A DNA stretch of 63,988 nucleotides, counting the filler, from Ionaspis alba (lineage: Eukaryota): the NCBI GenBank assembly GCA_964255285.1. It is 5 parts of 5 records of this genome, joined end to end, with 100 filler letters (N's around TTAATTAATTAA, not from the genome) between each part and the next. Parts side by side here need not be neighbours in the genome. Positions count along the whole stretch, not along the records: positions 39,081 to 51,991 come from CAXUUL010000486.1; positions 52,092 to 63,988 come from CAXUUL010000533.1; 3 more parts are not named here. One strand, 5' to 3'. A program made the position numbers and the translations under genes. The notes below the pieces were generated by a model. That model did no database searches. It was not told the origin of the DNA and was given only the letters and a program-made list of their open reading frames with translations. How positions within the stretch are numbered: the first letter of the stretch is position 1; every line of letters begins with the position of its first letter. This document shows positions 39,755-52,346 of this stretch, piece after piece.

Positions 39755-42700
39755 TCAAAGCTCGTCCTTGACATCCCTCTCCTTCTCCTCCTCCACACTC
39801 ACCCTTTCCTCCTCCCTCTCCCTCTCCCTCACACTCCTCAAAAACCCCTCAATCTCCTCATCATAAACCGTCCACTCCGGCACCTGTCTCCTGGCCCTCT
39901 CCAGCTTCGGCTCTTTCGTCAACGGATTATTACACAAATCGATCGTCCTCGCTTTCGCCAAACTCTCATCACTACACCACGTCTCGCACCATAGCCACTC
40001 TTGCGGTAAGCTGTGAATCGGTAGGGACATTTGCATGTGGTTCGGGAGATCTTGGTCTAGATTGCTCAAGGAGTTGGGATCGGCACTGAGCTGATGGTAT
40101 TGCTGCCGTAGTCGATCGCCTGCAGCCATTTGCCGGAATTTTTTGAGGTCCACAACGTAGAGCGCGGAGATGTGGTAAGGTGAGCCACGGAGGAAGGACT
40201 TCCAGTAACCCTGTTTCCAGAAACGAAAACCCTCCATCTCAGTGCGAGAATCGCACATCGGTGTGAACGCATACGGAGCGCCCTGCAAATCATGCGTGAC
40301 GAGATCGTGCATGTCAGTACGAACGATCTGGTCCGCATCGACGAAGATGACTTTATCAAGAGAGAGCGGAAAAAGAACATCAAGGAAAAGGATCTTATAA
40401 CCCCAGATCTCACGTTGTTTTTCCTTCTGCGAGCGCAGCCAGTGCGGCCATTTATAGGTGACCATTTCGAAGCCGAAGCCGTAGTGGGCGGCGAGATGGG
40501 GGAGGGAGGCTTTGAAGGAAGGGGAGAGGAATTGCTCGATGAACCAGAATTTGACTGTGTGCTTGGTGTGCCGCGTTACGCTTAGCATCATGATGTTGAG
40601 CATGCGTTCGTAGAGGTGGCCTGAGGCGACGGAGAAGATGTTGATGTCGGCGTGTTCGGGTTTGGGTGCCAGGCCGACGTTTGATAGGATGGAGGATGCG
40701 AATCTGGTCGCTTTGGAGACGTAGTCCATTGCTGCGCCGGTGAGACCGCCTTCTTCTAGGACGTCCTCCATCTCCTGACCGGCCTTGCGAGAAAGTCGAG
40801 GGAAGAGCGTCAGGCCTTGAAAACTCATAAGAGCAACGTGTGTACTCTCGTCGCCCTGCTGTGGAGCATAGCCCTTGGAGCCAGCGCTCTCGATCTCGAA
40901 AATTTGCTGACTGCGGCCAGATTGCAATCGAATGTTCCAATATCCTGGATTAGCTTTGAATTGGAAATATCCGAGGTTTGCCATAATCAGAGTGTCTGCA
41001 GAGTGGGGATTCTTTTCAGTTCCTAGGAGAAGCTGCACCCCACGAGGCGGTTGTCCACTGCTCGTATCACGAGAATGACCTTCAATAAGGATGTGCTCCA
41101 GCTCGTAAACAGCATCGATATCAGTGCCATCCTTGAGAGCACTCAGCTTAATGTTATCGAGATCTTGAACGCATTCTTTGGGAGCGACTAGCCAGGCAGG
41201 TGGAACATCAAGACCCAGGTTGAGCAAAGCTTCTTTAGGCAGACCTTCGAATCTAGCCTTCAGTTTCCGCAAGCTACCGTTCTCATGAAAGGATGGCTTT
41301 GCATCTAGCACGTATCTATAGAATCGTTTTACCGGAATCTCCTGCATCCTCTCTCGGGGGTTAAGGAAGAGTTTCATGTGAACCCCACTTAATTCGGAGA
41401 TCACCTTGAGAATTTGCACCCATCTCTGAGTGACCTCGCTGGTAGGATCTATTGCTGCGACTATCTGGATAGATGCGGTTTCGGAATCGCCTGTCTCGAT
41501 GGCAGTATGGCTCGAATTCCACTTCTGGAAGTTGTTCATCCGCAGAGATGATGCAGAGTCGAAGATCCCCTCAGGTACATCGGAGATTGTAGACAAAGCA
41601 ATCAGCGACGAAGCGCAGGCTGCTGCCAGAGGCGTGTCGAGCTTATCCTCAAGTCCCAGAGCCGCAAGGGCTGTGTTTGCAGGAGTAATCCGCTTCAGCC
41701 GTTCGTACTCCAGCAAATGTTGAAAGTCTTCTGAAACGAAACTGGTTCCTTCAGGTATAGGGCCAACGAAACGTCCATTCAGCACAACGCCTCGTTGCCC
41801 AGGCTGCAAGCCAATGGATGAAGCAAAAGCCTGCATGCCAAGCCAGAACGCTTCTGCCATCTGATCCGGCTCTTTGGGATTGATTCGGCTAGCAGACGAA
41901 TCTGTTCCTGTCAACGCAGCTGTTACTATTTCGGGGCTAAGCTCGTTGCTGTTGAGGAAAGCCTCGAACATCCTCGCCGACCTATAATTGATTGTAGTCT
42001 CATGGGATGGATTATGCACGATAACAATTTCCGCCTCGCTTTGCTTCTTTCGAAATTCCATTGCTTCAAGGACCATCTGAAGACCCTCCTCTGAATCCAG
42101 GTCGGCCACAATAATCAGGTGGGACCAAAACTGCTTCATTGCATCACTGCTAGTGGTAATTCGAGGGAGACCATTGTACATTGGTCTTTGTTCTGATACA
42201 ATCTTGCCGATGTCAAGTATCTTGACGGTGCTTTCGTCTTCGGGAATGACCAACGCATTCCGGTGTGTGACTGCTGCTTGGAGGAATTCGCCGGCGAGCC
42301 AAGTATCATCAGTGATAACCTCTTCAAAGACTTGCTTCTGGAGTGCCCGCAAATCAAGCTCAATTCTTGAGCTCATTGATTGCATCCAACCATCATTACG
42401 AGGCATGACTGCACCGTTGACGAAGATCAATGGTGAATTGCCGTCTATACCAAGGCGGCCCAAGTACTTGTGGGTGCTCTTCACTCGGCTTTCAAGCTCA
42501 TCTGCCTCTAGCACGGCGGAGAAGTCTAGAGCGGCCATATCTTTTCTCACGTCCCGTCCCTTGATCGCAGCCTGGAAATCTAGCTCGTTGATGTTCCGGA
42601 TCTTTCTGTCTTTGATAGACTGTGCAGTATTAGCTCGAGCTTTGCACGGTGCAGCATTCTAAGACCAGAAAACTCACAGTCTCGAGATATGCAATGACAG

Positions 42701-44428
42701 AACCAAGGCCGTACGTTTCTAAAAGATGGTACACGATTTTGGCACGAGCTGCTGCTTCAACAGAACCTACGACTGGTACCACTCCGAATCGAATAGGCAC
42801 CTGCCTCTTGACAAACATTTGGAGGCTCTCAACCAGCATTTCGGTGTCTTTTAGATCGGTAAAATCGAGAGGCATAATAAGATTGTGGGTGTCACGCCTT
42901 ACAGTTGGAAGCTGCCCTGGGTACATTCGTTGCAAGAGCTATTGAGTTTCGCATCAATTGCTTGGCCTTTGATTCGAATAGATCCAACTTACTGCGCTAG
43001 CATGAGTCGGCCAATCTTGGTATCTCTTGTCCTTCTCGATGTCATTGAGCCATATGATGACCTTTCCTCCTTCAAGAGCATCCCGATAATCGTAGCGTTG
43101 TGCCTCTCCTTCCTTCTTGCTTTCGGCAATAGACGGATGGGCTACAAGGGCGACAGCTTCCGGTGCTCTTAGACCTAAACCTTTCAGGCCTCCAATGAGA
43201 TTCCTCTCGTGCCGCAATTGCTCGAGAAGACCGAATGCATCCATCTGTCTTGCATCGATCTGCATGCCATTCATCCAAACGACGTTGTAGCCTGCTGGTA
43301 GGAACGTTTCACGGTTCTGAGTATGCTCGGTGACAAAATCGATGGAGGCATTGAGCTTGGATATAGGAGAGGAGTGTTTCGGGAAATCCTGAGAGACCTT
43401 GAGAAGGGTGGCAAAAGGCTCAGCACTTTCCATGATGAAACTAGATGCTTTGAAGCCTAGACCGAGTAGTTCAGAAGCTGATAGAGGCTTCAGATCTGCC
43501 AGATCTCCTGCTTCCAAGGACACCTCCTCTGCAATGGGCTCTTTGACCTCCTTCTCTTTCTTTTCAGCATCTCTATCATCGATGACAATGTAATCTGTCC
43601 TCTTCAGAGCCAATTCAACACCATAGCCGCTTATCACTAGAGGCTTCTCGACGGAAGGAGGAGACGGCCGATACCGAATCCTGTAGCTGGTTTGTCCAAT
43701 CCGCGCGGTCCGACTCAAAGTCTGATGAAATTGACCGAAAAGGGGAGAGTTGATATCTGCGTAGAGAGTTGAGGTCAGTATTTCTGGTGAGAGGCTCAAG
43801 GTGCGGTCGAACGGCAAGTCGGCCTCATCACTGCACAGTATTAGCTTATAGCATCGTCCTTGTAGGCCACAATGCCTACTCTGAACTCCTGAAGTCCTGC
43901 TGCGCTCGGTCTAGCGCAGGCGAGCAATACTGCTTCCCATCGAAGTGAACCCAAACTGGACAGGCCGCATCTTGAGCTACCATCAACGATGCTTCCACCG
44001 AGGTATTGTAATACTGATAGTGTGCTTCTATTCTGGGTGCAGCAGAGTGTATTGAGAGAGCCAAGTTGAAGGACGAGAGGGCATCCGGATCCCGTAAGTG
44101 TCCGTCATCCCGTAAGACTTGTAGGAAAGCTGTATAGAGGTCTCGATCCGTAACATGGTCTGCGAAGTGTCCATCGGCGATGCGGTCGAGCAAGGGAAAG
44201 TAGGAAGATGCATTTTCTTGTGCGGCGGTCTCACTAAGAAAATTTAGTAAGAGCTCTAGCTAGTAGCCATACCAGGTAGCTCACCTACAGAAGCTCTAGA
44301 AGATATGGAGGAGAATTAAAAGAGGCCTGGAGAGCAACATTGACGGAACCTGCTGCCGCAACAGTTGCTGGCAAAGAACTCGTTGCGAGAACAGCTCCTA
44401 GGAGCTCCCAGGGGAGAAAGAAAAGCAT
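39755..44428 (-). CDS. KRE5: UDP-glucose:glycoprotein glucosyltransferase (UGGT, GT24)
   Basis: Signal peptide, SGYGVELALKRTDYIVIDDR, catalytic domain INIFSVASGHLYER, WGYKILFLDVLFP, IFVDADQ, DQDLPN, WLWCETWC and a C-terminal KDEL. Four introns. Confidence 0.97.
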
Positions 44429-45050
44429 GCTGCTGGACAAGAGATATCAAAAACGCGTCAAATACATGCAAATGTAGAGAATTACCAGTCTCCTGGGCTC
44501 TCGATTTTAGAAGGCTACGTGGACCTTGAACTGTGTGAACCAATGAATACGCACGGGCCACAAAGCTTGTGAGGATTATCCAAAGCCGCATCCTCTCCGC
44601 CCTTCTAATCCTACTGCTTCAATTTACTCGAATTCCATTATGGGTGTTTGAGGTAACAGATGCTAGGCAAAGTCCTTGGACCACGCCGATAAGCCCTTGC
44701 ATAGCGCTCACTAAAGGTGCGAGAGTCTGTTCTATGCTTCAGGCTATGCATCCACTCTCGTTTCCTACTTGAACGGTAGCTTCACGTCGAATATATCACC
44801 AAAAAAGAGGAAGCAAGATACCACGATATTGGTACAGACCTCATACACTGGCACCAAGATAAACGCCATCGCTGTCATGCAGACCGTTCCTCATATCGTA
44901 TTCGTCATTTCCTTCCAGAACACCGCGCTCGGCTGAATCAAATCAAGCAAAAGTATGTGAAAGAAGCAGAATCATAACCATCAATCACCAACCAACCGCA
45001 TCGGACAACTCTTCGTCCAAACTCCGATACCCAAGCCCGCTCTGTCAACA

Positions 45051-46571
45051 TCACGCGCTTAACTCCGCCCTGCCTACACTCTCATCTACTCTTCTCTCCA
45101 CCCTCCTCTCCACCCTCGGCATCCTATTCTCCTTCTCCCTCCTCGCCTCCATAATCAGCCTCGTCCTTTCAGCCTCCAGATCCAACCCCACCCCTCTCTC
45201 AGCACTCCCGCCCCTCGAATGCCCCTGCTTGTTCGAACTTCCCGCCCTTCCTAAAGCGCTCGTGCTCTTCATCTTCTTCAAGCTCTTCCTCTCGTCTTTG
45301 GACGGCGGTCTGATATCGCTGTCCTCCTTCGATTCGCTACTTCGAGACTTGAAGCGTCGCAATTCTCGAGCGATGCGCTCAAGTGTGCTTTCGGATTTCT
45401 TCTTTTCGTGGACACAGGGAGGTGGAGGGAGGGATTTGTTCATGGAGCGCTCGTTCAGTGCTGTCGAGGTGGACGTCGGGGGTTTGTCTTCCCTTGTGGT
45501 CGGGCGATCGTTGGTCGCGAAGCTGACGCCCGAGTCTGCGCGTTTGCCATTGTTGTTGGTGGACTGCACCTTGAAATCTTCGAGGCCTCTGATAGCGTTG
45601 CATTCTTCGATGACGCTGTTGGCAGTTCGTAAGTACTTGTCTACGATCTCGCGAACAACGGCCCAGCCATTGAGGTCGCCAGGTCTCCGAGATTGGTTTT
45701 CGAGGTTTGTGAGGACGCCTTTGCCGTTTCGCTCGACGGCCTGGATGTAGCGGAAGAAGGCGTGGCGTTGGGAGGCGAGAATGGTGGCTGTCAATTGAGC
45801 TGTCGGTGGTGATATGGAAGTGGGTGGATATAGGGTATTGAGCATGGCGATACAGTTGGGTTTGTTGAAAGGTTCGAGGCGCATTTCATTGATCAGTGTC
45901 TGGCGGCTATGTTAGTAGTGGTAGGCAAGAAAAGCATACACTGTGGCTAAGATACTGACCCATCGTCGGAGACCTATATACACCTGTGTATACAGAGCCT
46001 CGACTTTCCTTTCTTTGTCACCCATGCTGATATACCATTCAGATAATCCAGGGTACTTTCGATGCAATTCGTCATCTTGTCGAAGAAGGGCTTCTCTTGA
46101 AACCCCTAGTCGATGCAGTACAGCGGTCAATTCCCGCTTCCGTCGATTTTCAAAATCCTTCAGATAATCCAATGCCGTCAAGGCTTGGGTGAAATCAACG
46201 AGGCAAAGTTCTTCGCTGAAGCATCTTCGAACAAAGGAAGTAATGAAAGAAGGAGGTAAGGAAAAGGGCTGCGACGGGAGACTCGATATCTGTTCCATGA
46301 GGCAGGATTTGAAGTGCTCCGTGGCAGACAGAGCGTTTTGTCTTCCGTTCTCAGCACAGTGGGAAGACTGTGGCGACGTGGGAGAGTTGTCGGTACTAGA
46401 ACCAGCGTACAGTGAAGGTGTTCCTGGATGATGAGACTGAGCTAGAACATTGTTTGTGTACATGGTCCGCAAGGGAATCTCATAACTGCCGGGGTATGCG
46501 AGAATGTGTTCGAGTATCCAGGGGAAAGCAGATCCATCAGTAGTTGGGGAGGGGTGGTCTTGTAAAGACAT
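45051..46571 (-). CDS. Conserved-looking fungal hypothetical protein
   Basis: Two long exons joined by an intron near 45960-45901: FPWILEHILAYPGSYEIPLRTMY, SLPPSFITSFVRRCF, VDFTQALTALDYLKDFE, YTQVYIGLRRW|TLINEMRLEPFNKPNCIAMLNTLYP. Confidence 0.85.
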
Positions 46572-49500
46572 CTTGTACTTATGTTGGCTGTTGTGAGAAT
46601 TTGTTGGTGGGGATCTTGTCACAGCCTCAGGTGCCAGGATGTTGGCTGAGGAGGCGAGAAAGCCTTACTGTGCAAAAAATGAGTCTAGATCACCATGGCT
46701 GTGAAAAGCGAAAGGATGATCGGCCAGAATTGGAGAGATCAATAATGTGCTGATGTGGAATCGCAAATGCAATAATTTTGAAGTCGCAATCCGATTTGTT
46801 TATTTGCGATGCTTATTTTTGATAGTCGGCCTCGAGATTTCGATTTTGGCACCGGGTCCCCGCGTAATCAACGTGCTTGTTTGCTAGCACGGGACTAATC
46901 CACCACGCGATATTGAATTGCTCAATCGTATCACTCGAACGATTGAGCGCGAGATTCGTAATTAAGGAAACTTTGGTACAGTCTCCAGAATTTGTTGGCC
47001 TGAAGGTGCATTCCCGAGGGTATGGTAAGATCGGCTACCAAGTGCTAGGTGCGGCCTGTTCAGCGGCCGCTCGAACCGGCAATGGTAAACGTAAGAAGCG
47101 ACCCGTCCGAACACGCTACCTCTTGCTATTCCAAACAACCGTTCTTTCAACGTGTCTGCACTGCGCCGTGCTGTTACCCGTCGATCGCCAGAGTCAAAGA
47201 CTTCGTTCTGTCGCCGAGGGGTTTAGAAATCGCTTGAGATTTCCTTGACTGACTTCTGTGGGTCGTGCACAGCTGCAGGAGAATGGCAATCCGGGGAACG
47301 AAGGCAAAATGACTTACCGGAAGAGAATAAAGGTACAATAGGAAATATATTAACAAGAATCGAGACTATAGTACAATCCCTCAATAGGACAGAAGTTGAA
47401 CTTCGATTCGCTCTCTCCGTTCATCAAGGAGCGAGTTGAGAGATTCAAGTAGGGCAGCACCGGAGCAGCGCTCGGAAGCGTACCGGAAGGCAGATTCTTT
47501 AGGCAACATGTGTGGACACCTTCCTGCGGTTATCTCAAACCAGGTTTTACCCCTACACGTCTACAGTGTCCACGCAACGGCCTGACAATCTCCTCCGGAG
47601 TAGGGAGTGGGATTGCTGATGCAAGCACGGCACCCCTCCATCAACCATCCCAGAGTCACCTCGTTAGCTCCGACTTCGATGTCCAGACCATTTGTCGTCC
47701 CATTTTTTTCCTCGAGGCACGGTCGGGATAGACTCCGATAGTAACATGGCACGGCAAATCGTGTTCTAGGGAATTCTTGCCCTCTGTTCTTCCTGTCAAA
47801 TAATCTTCGCGATCTTTCTTATCTCATTGGCGGGGCTGCAAATAATCCGAACTAGGAAGCATACACATTTTTGCTGCACTGTGAGTTTTGCCGTTTAATC
47901 ATCCGCACTGCATTATTTTCCAAACAAATCTCCCTTCATCTCTTGGACTCACTGGTTGGACCAACATACGTGAACTTGACCATCCCCTTGACATTTCTGA
48001 AACAGTGGCAAACACCACCCTTTCAGAGAGGCGGGATGGGATGGTTGGGAGGTCGTTTGCTTGGTTCCGTTGCCTGACAACTCTTTGTCATATTCTCAAA
48101 TACCCACTTCTGCTCGTCTCTGACAGAAAAACGAGGTTGCTGTTCTGAGCCCTAGAAGCTTGGTCTTTCATACCCCTTTTATGAATCTGGTTCGCTACCT
48201 ATGAAAGGACTTGGCCTAAGGGAAGAACAAGGCACAGCCTACATTGCCGGTGTTCTTGAGCAAGTCTTCTTTCTCAGTGCTGCATTTCGCAACATCATTT
48301 GTCATTGACTTGGCTCATATCGATGCATATGGAGCGACGCGTGGCAAGATTTGCCATCGTCAGTCCCACAGGGCATGGGCCGTTCTCGTAAGTACAAGAT
48401 GGAAATGCAAGAGTCATGGCACAACGTTTAGCTTCTGTTCATCGCAACAAGTACTCGCATTGATCGTCGCTTCTAGGATACGCTTAGCCATGGGTATATC
48501 GAACGGTCTTCTTCAAATCAATCCATCTCTCCAGAGCCTGCTAGTAAAGTCTTGCCAAGAGTCAACTTGCGAGATCGCTGCTTCAGATCGACTCGCCGAA
48601 AGCGGTGGGGAGGCTGCTTCCAACGAGTCGGCTCGCAGAATTTTCAACTGCCAGGATCCCTTACAAGCCGCAGACCGACAGAACCTTTCCCCAGGAAATG
48701 CAGGTTCTCCTGTAGCCTCTCGGCGGGCATGCAGAATGGGAGATACAGAGATCCGGTCCAGCTGGAACAAACGGTCGAGTGATGGTGGTGCGGGTAAATG
48801 ACATTGTGCAGTATTAATCAGGAACCTCCCGCCGTACACCTCCTCACTACTCTAATTGGCCTGGTCAATGAAATTGTAAATAAGATCAGAGAACTAGCTT
48901 ACCAGTATTCTGTGCTTCCCAAAACCATTACTGTGACAGCATTCGCTGTACTCCGTCATTGGCGGGAAGAAGTGGTATGCCTTAGCTGAGAGTAGATTGG
49001 TCCTGCCGTAAAGCTACGAGAGCATTTCTTTCTCCGGGTTCTCGATCAGTCCGACTGACAGCTGTAAGATCTGATTTCTACTCGAGAGCGACCTTTACAA
49101 CATACATGATGCACACCATCGGCTTCGTCGGCGGCTCGCAAATCGCCATGTGTCAAAGCAGCTGACCACCCGCTGATGCGTGCCTTGCCGTGTCCCGCAC
49201 CGAACTAGTCAACCTCGCTGTGCCTGACTACCACAGCAGGTGCAACCTTCACGCTGATCGGAAGAGGATAGTAGTTCCTGCCCGTTGTGTGAGACACAAG
49301 TAATATGCCTCATCCTACAGGATCTGCCAGTTCTTCACGGGAGCATGATCTATATATTGACTCCGATGTCTTGCAGCAATAGGCCGAAAGAATATCTTTG
49401 GGCCTTGATCGCGGCTATTCTTGTGAATGTCTTCTTGCGCCGTGGACGCTTCCATATGGTGAACTGTTTATACCAATACATCGAGCGCTGTTATCCGTCT

Positions 49501-50149
49501 CGCCTTCGATCTTGTGGTGTTGCTCTTTGTATCAACTCCATGATGATTCACCCACTTTGCATCCCCTGTTACCGCCAAGAACTTGTGTCGCTCATACACT
49601 TCTAATCCATAGAATCCTTCGACGCAAGACTTCTTGATGCAGCTGTGGACCTACATTCACCATCTGTCTGCGGCAGGTGACACAACTTGTGGGCAAGGGC
49701 TACCGTGATACATATATTGTTCTTGTCCTGTGATCTCCAGCCAATCGTCCATATGTCCTTCCTTACACCTGCCTGATATTATCATCGTCGCTGTTTTCTT
49801 TGAAACACCCACCTGTTCCAGCGGCTGAGCCAACGGCAATTAGACGCTCGCTCTCGCACTTAAATCAGAATCGCTGATTCCGTGCCTCTTGTCGTCCATC
49901 AATAGCTTTTATACAAGATCTCCATTCTTCCATAAATTCCAATAGAGTATGGTCTTATTATTTACCATTGCTTGTCTCGCCTTTGCTGTACTGTGACAAT
50001 GGTAGAAAAATGGGAGCGACTGCAGATAGGGAAAACTCGACATTTAGATAACTCTGAATTCCTTTAATCATTTGATCCTCATTTCCCTCAAAATAGCTCA
50101 AATCGTTGCACCAACTGTGTGTTCTAGTTGGAATATTATGCGAAGAACT

Positions 50150-51590
50150 TTATAAAAGTATGATAAACGCACATTCCAAAGGCCCACAGTGATATAGTAA
50201 ACAGTTGATGCAAGCGCCATTACCAACTATCACTTGATGTGAACCAGGCTCCCAGAATATTGATGCCAAAGCTAGCATCCAAAGCCCTTTGTTGCCTGCC
50301 ACCGGATAGACTGATACCGAAGATGACGTGCCCACATCTGCTAGCCAACCGTCTTGATGTTGGGGAATAGGATGATCCAACTCACAGAGAGGTGTAAGAA
50401 GCGTCAAATTGCCGTCTGAACGAGTCTCTGGTTTGTGATGGCAACGATTCACGAAAAACATAGCCGTCAAAGCTTGTATCATGGCACAAGGGTTCACTGC
50501 GCGATAACTCCTTGACCAGCCCGCTGTTACAGCGACACAGTTCTTCTGATTCTTTGCCTCCCATACGTGCTTCTCGTCTGGATATAAGTTCGATGACCGG
50601 CTGATCGGAACAGGGTCACATTCTTCGACAGGAGAAAGATAACCAGGGCTAGCCACTCTTTGGAAGTGAACGATCTTCAAATAATCTAGGGAACACTACT
50701 TGGCCGTGAAAGAACGGACCTAGCCATATGCCATTCTCGAGGTCTGTGTTCACGTTGTGGTCAACTAACTCCAGCGCCTAACGAAGAACCGTTTCAATTG
50801 AACATCGTCTAGGTCGTTCTCCACTTAATGTCAGTGCGATTGTTGTGGCAAACGAATGATATTCGCTCCGGTTGTAAACATCGGAAGAGTCAAGCATCCC
50901 GTAAATAGAACCATTGAAAAGCTAAAGCGTTAAACTGTCAGCAACGCCAATGTCAAATCGCGTAGAAAAAAATTCTAACACTGTCAGGGTCGATATTTCA
51001 ATAACAATCACACCACTCAGCACCAAGGGGTAGATCCGTTACGACAGTTTCCTAGAGAAGCTTTTGCAGACCATGCGGTTTGTCCAAAGATAAGTATTTC
51101 AATGCCATGCCTGCAATGATCTGATCGTGTGGGAATGCATTTCCTCGAAGGTTTTCCATCGCCTCATCCTGAATGGTGTCTGAGCCAGATATGTAGTAGA
51201 GTGGTAGACCTCGAATCCTTTTAAGGGCGAAGGGAAGAGCTTGCATGAGTGCACCATTCCCAAGGTAACCTTCAGAATCTGCCTTTTGCAAAACAAGTCT
51301 GGCACCCGTGGGGATATCAGCCATACCGTAGCCCTTATAGCATTGACTTGTTGGATAAAATTGTCGAGGTTTGCTGATACGACTTCGTTGAAAGATGTAA
51401 AAGTTTTAAGGATTTTAGTTCGAATTCCCTTGCAAAACATGAATTCATCAGAAAAGATGATGTAAACCGGCATCTCCGGCTGCGATAACAGGATTTGTCT
51501 AACCGGTCCCAATATGTTGGTAGGTAACCCCCCATGCACCATTTGATGAATGCTGTAAGCCACGGAGCGGTAAAGGCTACGCTGCACCAC
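50150..51590 (-). pseudogene. Degraded gene of a fungal hypothetical protein
   Basis: Collinear protein-like fragments (..SEGYLGNGALMQALPF.., ..GIWLGPFFHGQVVFPRLFE.., ..GNKGLWMLALA..GACINCLLYHC..FIILL*) are interrupted by in-frame TAG/TGA stops near 51052, 50998 and 50778 plus a frameshift. The 5' end abuts AT-rich DNA. Confidence 0.5.
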
Positions 51591-51991
51591 GGGTTAGATT
51601 AAACCCGATAGATTCGGGGTAGGTTAAATAGATAAACTAGGTTCGAAATAAGTTTTTTTAATATTAATTTAATTTAAAATAATTAAGTCGGGTTGTGGGT
51701 TAATTTATTAAATTTATTAAATTTAAAAAATTTATAATAATTATTATAATAGTCGTAATAATATATAATTATCGAAATCAAAATTTATAATAATAATTAT
51801 AATAGTAAAAACAACAAATTATATTTGAAAAATAATTTAATATAAAATTTATATAATAATTTTTTTTAATAATCGATTTATTTATAATTTTATTTAAACC
51901 CTAAATTTTTTTTTTATTAATTTTTTAAATTATTTTGTTGGAATTTTTTGTATTTTCTAAAATCGTAATAAACAATTTATAAAATTAAAAA
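51591..51991. mobile_element. Extremely AT-rich relic, probably a RIP-degraded transposon or repeat end
   Basis: Abrupt shift from roughly balanced base composition to mostly A/T, with abundant TpA and very few CpA/TpG. CpG is retained (tcga, atcg). The tract runs into a contig end and shows no transposase ORF. Confidence 0.6.
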
Positions 51992-52091
51992 NNNNNNNNN
52001 NNNNNNNNNNNNNNNNNNNNNNNNNNNNNNNNNNNTTAATTAATTAANNNNNNNNNNNNNNNNNNNNNNNNNNNNNNNNNNNNNNNNNNNN
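51992..52091. other. Artificial scaffold linker (44N-TTAATTAATTAA-44N)
   Basis: Same cassette as at 12935. Confidence 0.95.
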
Positions 52092-52346
52092 TTTTGGTCT
52101 GCCTCCCAGCCCTTAACGCCGTCCAATTACCGAGAGTCTCAGGGCCTCTAATCAATGTGAGGCAAAATGGGAACAAGCAAGTAATTTTGCAGTCTCTGAT
52201 AAATAGGTCCGCAAATTATTCCAAGGTTGCAAATATGTCTACGCCAGCCCAATGCCATAACCACCCCCAATGCTCTTGCACGGCTGCCCAAGTTCCAGCT
52301 CCATGCCTATATGCAAATGCTCATGCCGTATACCCACCACGCCAAA

